A DNA stretch of 30,666 bases from a virus. Its lineage: Duplodnaviria; Caudoviricetes. The notes beneath the pieces are model-generated. The model ran no database searches. It was not told the DNA's origin and saw only the letters and a program-made list of their open reading frames with translations. A program made the position numbers and the translations under genes. Shown piece by piece: positions 1 to 8,135 of this stretch (position 1 is the first letter of the stretch; each line of letters begins with the position of its first letter). The stretch is taken from positions 1 through 30,666 of IMG/VR virus record IMGVR_UViG_3300032218_000775; one strand, written 5' to 3'.

Positions 1-309
1 AAACTCTACTGGAGATTTGCAAAGAATTAAACCACCTGTAACTATGCTGCCCGGAAAGTCTTTATTGGACGAACCAAACAATCGAATTTCGGGATGGTCA
101 GATGCTTTTACGGGCTCCCAGCCCTCCTGAAGCTTTGAATTCAAGTTAGTCGGATCATCTTTGCCTAAGGTAGCGATACGAATCCAGCGAAACGCATATC
201 CCGGTTCCGGCTTAGGATCGGGAAGAAGCTGGGGAGGACGCCACCGGTTAGGGCGGGCAGTAGCCTCACGGGTTTCGAGTTCTCTACTTTTGCGAATTTG
301 TTCAGTCAT
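1..309 (-). CDS. Conserved phage head-operon hypothetical protein (partial, runs off the left edge)
   Basis: Not in the ORF track. Manual translation MTEQIRKSRELETREATARPNRWRPPQLLPDPKPEPGYAFRWIRIATLGKDDPTNLNSKLQEGWEPV... is open to base 1. Its ATG overlaps the TGA of the upstream gene (ATGA at 306-309). Confidence 0.85.
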   Translation of the reverse strand, partial: MTEQIRKSRELETREATARPNRWRPPQLLPDPKPEPGYAFRWIRIATLGKDDPTNLNSKLQEGWEPVKASDHPEIRLFGSSNKDFPGSIVTGGLILCKSPVEF

Positions 310-1250
310 GCTTGTTTCCTCATTTCTTCAGCAACCTTACGAGCATAGAGTTCCAAAGGAACCCCAAGCCGCTTGGCGATATTTACCTGCGTTTGTGTAA
401 GTACGATCTTTTTAGGCGCTGTACTACGTGATGCCGGTGCTACAACATTTGACTTCTGGCGCTGAGATGGTTTCGCATCAGCGGGTTCCTCTGCAAATGC
501 CTCAGGGAACCTTGCTTTCATATCAGAATCTATGGCCGCGAAATAATCGTCGCTTGCGGCGGAAATTCCAGAATCCACAATATCTTCATGGAGTGACAAT
601 GCATAGGCAGTCATCTTTCGATTGGTGCCCCACCATGGATTTTTTGAAACCCATGACTTAGTATTATCGTCCAATTCAGGTACTTGGGCGGGTTTTACTA
701 TAGTTTTTGGCTCTTGTAAAGGGGCTGGCTTAAAATTATTTACTTTGTCCGCCCGAATTGCAGCAGAAGTTAATTTTGCCTGAGCCTTGACAAGCCGGTC
801 AGTATCCCCGGATTCATAAGCGTCCTTATATTCACGCTGGGCGTTATCAATCTCCGACTCCACCACTTTCTTAGCCTGCTCCAGTAGGGCAGTTTGGTTA
901 GTGGCTAGGGAACCCTGTAGGCGCTTATTCTCTTCTACTACCGACTCAGCCATACGCAAAGCTTCTTCTCGCTCACGTAGTGCAGTCTCCTTTGCCCGAC
1001 GTTCCTCGTGGTAGCCCTTATTAATATGGGCCAACCGGTCTTTGAGTTTCTGGTCAGTGTATTTAGATAACTCCTCGTCCGTTACCGGGGCTGGAGCTTC
1101 TTTCATAGGAGTACGGTGTCTGTCCGCTGGAGGAGTATCGTCAACAATTTCGATATCCGCCTCGGGCTCAGGGGCTACTACCCGCCCACCTTCGCGGGGG
1201 TTCTTAGCCTCGATTTCGTCCGGAAATTCAAATTCAGTTATTTCAGTCAT
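306..1250 (-). CDS. Putative capsid scaffolding protein (acidic N-terminus, coiled coil)
   Basis: 314 aa, GGAG RBS, long E/K/A-rich helical region, located downstream of the portal in the head operon. Function inferred from position and composition. Confidence 0.65.
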   Translation of the reverse strand: MTEITEFEFPDEIEAKNPREGGRVVAPEPEADIEIVDDTPPADRHRTPMKEAPAPVTDEELSKYTDQKLKDRLAHINKGYHEERRAKETALREREEALRMAESVVEENKRLQGSLATNQTALLEQAKKVVESEIDNAQREYKDAYESGDTDRLVKAQAKLTSAAIRADKVNNFKPAPLQEPKTIVKPAQVPELDDNTKSWVSKNPWWGTNRKMTAYALSLHEDIVDSGISAASDDYFAAIDSDMKARFPEAFAEEPADAKPSQRQKSNVVAPASRSTAPKKIVLTQTQVNIAKRLGVPLELYARKVAEEMRKQA

Positions 1251-1259
1251 GATGACTCC

Positions 1260-1661
1260 TTATGGGCGTTGAATGCCGCGTGGGTCTTGCACCACAGCTT
1301 CGACACACTCATCTTGAATTAACCGCCATTCGGTGCCGTGGATTTTCATCCGAGTACCTGTGTTGGGTCGAGTAAGAATAAAGTCACCTACCTTGCAGCT
1401 TGGGCCGCTTGGAAAGCGTTTCTCATCCTTATAGGCATCAGGGCCCATTTTTGCTACAAATAGCACAGGGGACAGAAGCTCCTCGTGGTGCATCATTTGC
1501 GCAGTTTTTACCAGCCCCGATTCTCCAATTTCCTCTTCGGCTTTTGGAACCATACACAACAAGTAGTATGTACATGGGTCAGGTACTTGTTTGGCTTTTT
1601 CTTCTGGGTCAGTATTTAATATCCCAGATAAATCAACCGCAGCGACATTAAAGTCATTCAT
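1260..1661 (-). CDS. groES: GroES-like co-chaperonin
   Basis: Start reassigned to ATG 1661 (AAGGA RBS). 133 aa with GroES-like motifs: ESGLV mobile loop, VAKMGPDAY, KVGDFIL, GTRMKIHGTEWRLIQDECVEAVV. Confidence 0.8.
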   Translation of the reverse strand: MNDFNVAAVDLSGILNTDPEEKAKQVPDPCTYYLLCMVPKAEEEIGESGLVKTAQMMHHEELLSPVLFVAKMGPDAYKDEKRFPSGPSCKVGDFILTRPNTGTRMKIHGTEWRLIQDECVEAVVQDPRGIQRP

Positions 1662-1729
1662 TTGTTTTCCTTGCACGCATGGGGTTTGAGCGTATTTCGG
1701 CGGGTAACCCCAGATAAACCCATCCAAAC

Positions 1730-1924
1730 TTAGTCTTCTGCCCGCTGTAAGCGCTGCTCCATATCTCTTACATAATTCATCGCACGGGTTAACCCCAGCA
1801 CCTGACCACACAAATATTTGTACTCAGGGAAGTCAGCAGATGCCCCAGCCGCAATTACTTGGGTTATCTGCTGGATTTCCTCATTCATCTGCTTAGCTAG
1901 CAGACTCATCGCGTCATTGTCCAT
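1730..1924 (-). CDS. Small hypothetical protein (64 aa)
   Basis: GGAG RBS, overlaps the portal stop. The DFPEYKYLCGQVLGL motif is typical of small genes that follow phage portals. Confidence 0.75.
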   Translation of the reverse strand: MDNDAMSLLAKQMNEEIQQITQVIAAGASADFPEYKYLCGQVLGLTRAMNYVRDMEQRLQRAED

Positions 1925-4397
1925 TTACGTCTCCAGCCAGTTTCTGTTGCTGCATCTGATCCTTGTGCATCATGCCTTGCTGGTGTAGCTGAGCCTGCTG
2001 CTGTTGGGCTTGCGCCTGCATAGCCTGCGCTTGCTGTGCCTTTTGGGCATTAATCTGAAGCTGCTGTTGGTGCATCTGCTCAGCCTGCATTGCCTGCTGC
2101 TCAATTTGCATCGGGTTGATGCCGCCTTTATCTGCGTCCAACGCTAGTCGGGCTTGGGCCAACGCAATGTCCGCGTCGATTTTCTTAACGTCCGCGTCAG
2201 CCTTCTGCTTCTTAATCTGAAGCTCTTGCATCTGCATCTGGATAATTGGGTCTTGCATCTGCTGCTGGGCTTGGGCTTGAGCCGCTTGGGCTTTGTTCAT
2301 CTGCAACAACTGCTGCGATGCCTGTGCTACCGCACGCGACAACTCGACCTCCAACTCGGGCGGAAGCTCGACATCAGGCATAGGCATGGGTGCGCCAAGA
2401 CGCTCCTCAATCTTTGTCCTATACATAAACCCAAGGTGTTCTGCAATATGGGCTTGGATAGCCGCCTGCATCTGCTGGGCCATCGGGCTCTGTCCAATCT
2501 GCGCTGCAATCATCGGGTCTTGCATGAATGTCGAATGCACCGCGATGTGAGCCTCATGGTCTTGATAGATAAACGCTTTGGTAGGCTTACCCTTAAGGAA
2601 TGACATGTTCTCGCTGATCGGGTCACGCGGCTTCTGGTCGTCCTCGATAGGCACAATCTTCTCGGCGTTCTTAACCCCCAACACCTCAATCATCTGGCGG
2701 TGCAAGTACGGCAAGTCGTAAATATTGGGAGCCTGCGCAGACAGTTGGGTAACCGCCTGATACTGCATGATCCGCTGCGCCATCGTGCTGCTGTTGGGAT
2801 CGCTAACCGGGATGATCTCCACCAAGTCGTAGTCCGACTGCTTAGCTTTACGGTTCCCACCTTCAGGGTTATAGCTGTACTCCTGAGGCGTATGGTCACG
2901 GATCAGCACCTTAAGTAGCTTGAACTCCTGTTTCATGGAGTAGTGAACCCGTGCCTGCACCGCGCTCATGGTCTTAAGCTGACGCTCCAGCAGTGCCAGA
3001 GTCGTACCTACCGGAGCATTCGCACCCATGTCGCTGATGTTCAAATCAGCAATAGACCCCAGACGGCGACCTTCTTCGGTGATCTGATTGAGCAGTGCTG
3101 CCAGAACTTGCGACGGCTCCTTATATGGGAGCGCCATGATGTTGTCGCGGATTGTCCCCGATGTGACATCAACGTCCCGGAACTCTCCCGGTGCGATAGG
3201 CGTATCGTCACCCTTAACACGTAGCCCACGGGCTTTCATACCTCCGGGCAAGTTACTCAGCGTGCCAGCGTCCACCAACTGACGGATTAGAGAAGTGCCT
3301 GCGCGAGCGTAGCCGCCGATCAAATGGATCAACCCAAGGCCGTAGGCCCCAAACCCCGGCACGTATGTGTACTGTACGAAGTGCTGGCGCTTTAGTTTTA
3401 ACTTGTCGTCCTCTTCCCAGTTACGACGGATAGCCAAAATCTCAGTGCTGCTACGGTCAATAGTGACCACGTATGGACGGGCTACCCCATCCTTGTCCTC
3501 GTACCCCGGCATGTCGTAGTCAACATGAACCTCATATACCTGATACCGGTCATCATCGGTCAGGGAGTAGCCTTGCCCTTCAGCTTTCTTCTTCTCTACG
3601 TCTGTGTGTACATTGTCCGGCTCACCCAGATCAACGTCCCTGTAAAAGCCTGCGACTTGTAGGCGCTTAATGTCATTCTTGGTCTTACGCATGATATGCG
3701 TAACACGCTCCGCAGTCTGCGCACTGGACGCGCCATAAGGGATGATTAGGTCTTCGGCTGGGATAAACATCGCTGTCTGACGCCCCAACGCTGGGTCGAA
3801 GTACACCTTCTTAAACGCCGCGCCTGCCAAGCCAAGGTTATATAGCATGCGCTCATGCTCGGGCCGATACTCAGGCATCTCCTCTACCAACTGGTAATTC
3901 ATGTCGTCGCGGACACGATCAGCAGCTTCTGCCGTCTCAGGGGTATCTTCACCAATAATCTGGGTCTTGACCGGGCCCTGCGCAGGGAAACTCTCGGTAA
4001 TGGTTTCTGACTGGAACCTGATAGCAGCTTCAGTAAGTATGGTGGAGAACACTCCGCATGCGCCATTCCACGGCTCAGTGCGCTCTTCGTAGTTCATACC
4101 AAGGACTTCCAATCCCTTGACATACATCTCTACCCAGTCCTTGCGTGATTGGATATCGGCGTCAATCAGATCAATAAGCTCTGAGCCCAGCAACTGCAAG
4201 TCGCTCTCATCCATGACTTCAGCTAAGTTCTCATCAAACTCGCCCTCGCCGTGGGGCAGAATCTCAATCTCCATACCCCCAGTTTTGACCATAACGCTGT
4301 CAGGATTCTCCACTTCAATCTCAAGTGGGCTTTCATCGCCTTCGTCAATACCCATCGGGGCTTGATACAGGGAAGGGCTCATGCTATTGGTAGCCAT
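1914..4397 (-). CDS. Portal protein (P22-like) with Q-rich C-terminal coiled coil
   Basis: 827 aa directly after terL, AAGGA RBS. Motifs PWNGAC, GAAFKKVYFD and GFGAYGLGLIHLIG resemble podovirus portals. Confidence 0.85.
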   Translation of the reverse strand: MATNSMSPSLYQAPMGIDEGDESPLEIEVENPDSVMVKTGGMEIEILPHGEGEFDENLAEVMDESDLQLLGSELIDLIDADIQSRKDWVEMYVKGLEVLGMNYEERTEPWNGACGVFSTILTEAAIRFQSETITESFPAQGPVKTQIIGEDTPETAEAADRVRDDMNYQLVEEMPEYRPEHERMLYNLGLAGAAFKKVYFDPALGRQTAMFIPAEDLIIPYGASSAQTAERVTHIMRKTKNDIKRLQVAGFYRDVDLGEPDNVHTDVEKKKAEGQGYSLTDDDRYQVYEVHVDYDMPGYEDKDGVARPYVVTIDRSSTEILAIRRNWEEDDKLKLKRQHFVQYTYVPGFGAYGLGLIHLIGGYARAGTSLIRQLVDAGTLSNLPGGMKARGLRVKGDDTPIAPGEFRDVDVTSGTIRDNIMALPYKEPSQVLAALLNQITEEGRRLGSIADLNISDMGANAPVGTTLALLERQLKTMSAVQARVHYSMKQEFKLLKVLIRDHTPQEYSYNPEGGNRKAKQSDYDLVEIIPVSDPNSSTMAQRIMQYQAVTQLSAQAPNIYDLPYLHRQMIEVLGVKNAEKIVPIEDDQKPRDPISENMSFLKGKPTKAFIYQDHEAHIAVHSTFMQDPMIAAQIGQSPMAQQMQAAIQAHIAEHLGFMYRTKIEERLGAPMPMPDVELPPELEVELSRAVAQASQQLLQMNKAQAAQAQAQQQMQDPIIQMQMQELQIKKQKADADVKKIDADIALAQARLALDADKGGINPMQIEQQAMQAEQMHQQQLQINAQKAQQAQAMQAQAQQQQAQLHQQGMMHKDQMQQQKLAGDVNGQ

Positions 4398-4418
4398 ATT
4401 AATTCCTTAAAAGTATTC

Positions 4419-5936
4419 CTAATAATACGCAGGGCGGCGACTACTACGGAAAAATTGCTCGTCCTCGGGATCGCTCTTCATTGTAAGTAGCCCACCCTTA
4501 CGGATACGTATTAGCGCCAATGTCATGGTGTCAACTTCGTCGTCATGTTCCCCAGCAGGGAACGCTAGTATCTCTTCTACTGTGGTTGCTGCCCAGCTAG
4601 TTTCTGGAAACCACACATGCCCGGAGGCAAACATGTCCGCCACGGAGTTCAACCGCGCAATCTTATCCTGTCCTTTGCCCGGACTGAAATCCTGTACAAA
4701 TATACCTGACCGGCGCATCTCATCTATTAATGGCTGACCGCTGGCCTTGGCTTCTACGATCACACTGTCCGGCTCCCAGTTGGCAAACTGCTCATGCGCC
4801 ATGGTTTTCAACTCAGGAAACTCATATTTACCCTTGACTGAGTTAAGCAGGATCACATTATTACTGCCGTCCTCTTCGCTAGTAAAAGTTCCCCATGTAT
4901 GACACACAGAATAATCTGACCGGCTGTTAGTAGTGAGGGCAGTATCGTAAGACTGCACGATGAAGTCGATTGGCGGCGGGTCTTTCTTCCCCCACCATTT
5001 AATCCACTCCCGCTTAATAATCGCAGCCTCCGATGCGGTGGGGTTTTGCTGATACTGTGCATACCACTGCCACATAATGTGGTGCATCGACGCCCGAGTT
5101 TGCTGCAAAGACTCAATTGACCACTGCTCAGGCCATATTGACTTCTCATCTTCGGTATTTTCATTAAGAATTGCAGGAAATTCAAAGGCTTCGTAGACAT
5201 CGCCGCCCTCGTTTATCGCAGAATCCTTCAAAAGCCGCCCAATTAAGTCCCGCTGGTGCCAGCGCGTGTGCAAAACGCATATTTTCCCGTTAGGCATGAG
5301 ACGAGTACGCAATCCAGCACTAAACCACTCGTATGTAGCGTCCAATGAGGTGGTATTTCCCGATTTAATGTCCTGTTCTGACAGTGGATCGTCGGCAATA
5401 ATCAGATTTGCACCCCGTCCGGCCAGCGCACCACCCACACCAATAGAAAAATACTCGCCTCCACGGGTGGTATTCCACTGTCCCGCCGCCTTAGCGTCCG
5501 ATGCGATGGCAGTTGCAGGAAAAATAGACTTGTACTCAGGCGTATTAATTAGATTTCGCACCTTGCGGGCCATAACTAACGCCAAATCAGCCGTGTGGGA
5601 AGCCACAATTACCTTGTGGTCGGGGTGCCGACCTAAATACCACGCCGGATAATAGATAGAAATCATCTGGGACTTGCCCATACGAGGTGCCATAGACACC
5701 GCAATCCGGCTTTTTACGTCCTGCTCCACATCCATGAGCAGGGAACCTAGGCGTTTTAGGTGAATACCAAACTTGTACTGCTTGTCAATAGCTGCAATGA
5801 ACGCAAGAAAGTCGTCGCGGGCCATCTGCACCCGCTTGCGCTCCTCGATTTCATCAAACATAACCAGTAGTTCAGCCGCCTCGTTGTGCGGCATGTTCCT
5901 GATTATCTTGTCGATCATCGCTCTGGATAGCTCCAT
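4419..5936 (-). CDS. terL: Terminase large subunit
   Basis: Walker A MAPRMGKS, Walker B IIADDP, coupling motif HTRWH, QYQQNP, RNase-H nuclease residues SYDTA and HDDEVD. Confidence 0.95.
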   Translation of the reverse strand: MELSRAMIDKIIRNMPHNEAAELLVMFDEIEERKRVQMARDDFLAFIAAIDKQYKFGIHLKRLGSLLMDVEQDVKSRIAVSMAPRMGKSQMISIYYPAWYLGRHPDHKVIVASHTADLALVMARKVRNLINTPEYKSIFPATAIASDAKAAGQWNTTRGGEYFSIGVGGALAGRGANLIIADDPLSEQDIKSGNTTSLDATYEWFSAGLRTRLMPNGKICVLHTRWHQRDLIGRLLKDSAINEGGDVYEAFEFPAILNENTEDEKSIWPEQWSIESLQQTRASMHHIMWQWYAQYQQNPTASEAAIIKREWIKWWGKKDPPPIDFIVQSYDTALTTNSRSDYSVCHTWGTFTSEEDGSNNVILLNSVKGKYEFPELKTMAHEQFANWEPDSVIVEAKASGQPLIDEMRRSGIFVQDFSPGKGQDKIARLNSVADMFASGHVWFPETSWAATTVEEILAFPAGEHDDEVDTMTLALIRIRKGGLLTMKSDPEDEQFFRSSRRPAYY

Positions 5937-6478
5937 CAGCCCACGACCTCTGTAATATCTAGCCGCATAGGCGATGACTTAGGTGACGGGTCAAACTCCC
6001 CCGCCTCAACCACCCGAGTAAGCCTCTCCCGCAGCAGTTGCTCCAGTTCTTCCGTTGGCCGGTGCCGCATGGTAATTTCTGTCTTGTCCGTAAACAACCC
6101 AACGTCACTAATCTTACCCAGCATCTCCAACGCCTTCAGACGAATACGTGGGTCTGGATTATCCGAGTCAAGGATTAACTTATTAGTTATATAGGTACGC
6201 AGTTGTACGGCAGACTTGACCACTACATGATCGTATTCCTGCAAGAGCCCAGCAAGGTGGGCAACTACTCCGGGGCGGGCTAGGTCTTCGTCAGACGCCC
6301 GTTGATGTCCGGCAAATATCTCGCGGGATACTTCTTGCTCGCGTGGGGAAACTTCTTGGGGTATGGAGTCAGTATCTACCAAAGACGCAATGGCAGCAGC
6401 CACCCTGTCTTCCAGAGACTCAAATGTTGGGAGGAAATCCGCAACGGGTATATCGTAATCTACAGATACAGTGTACAT
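5936..6478 (-). CDS. Putative terminase small subunit
   Basis: 180 aa whose stop overlaps the terL start. The C-terminal RLKALEMLGK..VGLF motif is typical of TerS-like proteins. Confidence 0.6.
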   Translation of the reverse strand: MYTVSVDYDIPVADFLPTFESLEDRVAAAIASLVDTDSIPQEVSPREQEVSREIFAGHQRASDEDLARPGVVAHLAGLLQEYDHVVVKSAVQLRTYITNKLILDSDNPDPRIRLKALEMLGKISDVGLFTDKTEITMRHRPTEELEQLLRERLTRVVEAGEFDPSPKSSPMRLDITEVVG

Positions 6479-6599
6479 GGCGAGTTGACGCAGCCTAAGT
6501 TGGCCCGAGTATATGCGATATTTTTTGCATGGGGCTTTTATTTTTGTACCGGGGGGGTCTCCTATTTTGAGGGGGGTGGGTGTACTGGGATTTTACTAG

Positions 6600-6619
6600 T
6601 ACTGTATGGGCATACAGTA
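6600..6619. promoter_or_regulatory. LexA (SOS) box
   Basis: TACTGTATGGGCATACAGTA fits CTGT-N8-ACAG with the taCTGTat...atACAGta flanks of the Beta/Gammaproteobacterial consensus. Confidence 0.75.
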
Positions 6620-6744
6620 GTTTCTGTGGGATTGTGATTCGTAAGTCGATCACTCAGTGTAAAGGCGCGTGGGCGGAGTCCCAGAATAGATTTGGGGGGT
6701 GGGGTGCGGGTGGGTCGGCTGGGTGAGCTTTACCCGGTTAATGG

Positions 6745-6773
6745 TTGTTTAATTCTAAGGGAATAGCTACAAT
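6745..6773 (+). promoter_or_regulatory. sigma70 promoter for the 188-aa gene
   Basis: TTGTTT (6745-6750), 17-bp spacer, TACAAT (6768-6773); GGAG RBS and ATG 6815 downstream. Confidence 0.6.
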
Positions 6774-6814
6774 TCAACCATGGCAACGTCGCCATATTAA
6801 ACGGAGTATTCAAA

Positions 6815-7381
6815 ATGCAAGTTGTATCAATCATCAACCCCTCTATCATCGACGCTACTATCAAGGCCTTTGATAAATCACAATCGACAATCGAGGCCGC
6901 TACACGCAAGGCCACTGAAATCGAGGACAAGGCTATTCAAAAAACCCTCGACGCTATGCTTATCGCATGCGATAAACCAAAGGCACAATTTATGAAGGGT
7001 AACGCGGTAAAAAATCCGGCGCGCGCACAAATTAAGGGTTTGTTCGATGCCTTGGCCGAAAAGGGGTTCATTAGCAAAGCTAGCGCGTCGGTATATCAAT
7101 CGTGTTTCTGGATGGCCTTCGAAAAGGGTATCCCGTTTTCCCGTACCTTGGCCAAGGATGCTAGCGACGCGAAGGCCGCTACAAAGGACAGCGCCGAAGG
7201 CGAGGCCGCAAAGCCCAAAGCAAAGGCCGGTAAGGTATCCACTACAACCCGCGCCGAACTGGATAAAACCATAACGAAGGTTTTGCAACAAGCCCGTTTA
7301 CTTAATTTGACTGACTTTGCCGGTGACATCTTGGACGTATGCATTGACCGCTTGGACGGGTTCAAAGAAATAACCGAATAA
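6815..7381 (+). CDS. Stand-alone Ala/Lys-rich hypothetical protein (188 aa)
   Basis: GGAG RBS, its own promoter and its own terminator; no family recognised. Confidence 0.85.
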   Translation: MQVVSIINPSIIDATIKAFDKSQSTIEAATRKATEIEDKAIQKTLDAMLIACDKPKAQFMKGNAVKNPARAQIKGLFDALAEKGFISKASASVYQSCFWMAFEKGIPFSRTLAKDASDAKAATKDSAEGEAAKPKAKAGKVSTTTRAELDKTITKVLQQARLLNLTDFAGDILDVCIDRLDGFKEITE

Positions 7382-7399
7382 GGGTTTACCCTTACCACC

Positions 7400-7424
7400 A
7401 ACCCCGCCGAGGCGGGGTTTTTTT
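7400..7424 (+). terminator. Rho-independent terminator
   Basis: AACCCCGC-CGAG-GCGGGGTT followed by a T-run, just after the stop at 7381. Confidence 0.9.
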
Positions 7425-7544
7425 GCGCCCGGATTTTTTGCGCGTCATAGTAGTGCGACTGCGGGTGAGCAGGCGAGCGAGCGAGCGAGTGGGCGCGGAC
7501 ATCGGGCGGGGCTGGCAGTGGGGAACCCGTCACGGCAAGTGAAC

Positions 7545-7560
7545 TTTTAACCGGTTAAAA
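7545..7560. repeat. 16-bp palindromic motif, copy 1
   Basis: TTTTAACCGGTTAAAA, a perfect palindrome. Confidence 0.9.
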
Positions 7561-7642
7561 CTTTGGCGCGGGTACTATGACGCGGCGGGCGCAGGGCAGT
7601 TACAAAACCTGTTACGCGTGTTACGAAACCTGTTACAGCAAG

Positions 7643-7658
7643 TTTTAACCAGTTAAAA
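7643..7658. repeat. 16-bp palindromic motif, copy 2
   Basis: TTTTAACCAGTTAAAA, with flanks in inverted orientation relative to most other copies. Confidence 0.9.
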
Positions 7659-7757
7659 GTATCCCTACTGCTAGCAGGGTTTGTTACGCGTGTTACAAAA
7701 ATATTTGACATGTTACAAAACTTCTTGTAACAAGGAATGCAGGTAGGTGCCTATACA

Positions 7758-7770
7758 AATCAACGAGTTA
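7758..7770 (+). promoter_or_regulatory. IHF binding site
   Basis: AATCAACGAGTTA matches WATCAR-N4-TTR. Confidence 0.7.
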
Positions 7771-7996
7771 CAGAGAGAGAGAGAGATATAATATATATAT
7801 TTTATTGTTGTTACAGGTGTTACAGGCTTTTTCGGCCTTTTTTCAAAAATTCAATCTGTCCGCACCCACTTACAGAAAACTAAATATGGAGCGATGAAAA
7901 TGCACCGTTTTGGTGATTCGCGGACGTATTAGGGCGGATGGTGGCTTTTATACCCTAAAACCCCGTAACAGCCGTAACACCCCATTTTCAAATTCC

Positions 7997-8009
7997 TAAG
8001 TCATTGATT
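7997..8009 (-). promoter_or_regulatory. IHF binding site
   Basis: The reverse complement AATCAATGACTTA matches WATCAR-N4-TTR. Confidence 0.7.
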
Positions 8010-8135
8010 TATAAGGCGAAACCCGTTACAGACATTTTTGTAACAAAGCCCCATTTCTTGTAACACGCGTAACAAACCCCACCACCATCATGGTTATTAC
8101 CCCCTAAAACGCTCCATAATTAGTTTTCCAAACAC

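Larger units (their letters stand above)
7599..8079. repeat. Mirror-symmetric GTTAC/GTAAC iteron array, probable replication origin
   Basis: 17 GTTAC/GTAAC pentamers, a perfect 22-bp inverted repeat (7677-7698 and 8058-8079), two inverted IHF sites, and an (AG)n/AT-rich tract at 7772-7806. Confidence 0.7.

Noticed and set aside
1662-1811. The GroES frame stays open upstream and overlaps the 64-aa gene, suggesting a longer start or a -1 frameshift fusion
   Set aside because: No XXXYYYZ slippery heptamer near the stop, and ATG 1661 has a good AAGGA RBS.
6508-6540. Minus-strand TATACT -10 upstream of terS as a late promoter
   Set aside because: No recognisable -35 or extended -10; too weak to call.
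7473-7489. (GCGA)4 resembles the AAV Rep-binding element
   Set aside because: A low-complexity match with no HUH/Rep gene in the window; treated as coincidence.
7677-8079. 22-bp inverted repeats as the ends of a MITE or IS element
   Set aside because: No target-site duplication or transposase is evident, and the same pentamer repeats continue outside the inverted repeat (7599-7640).
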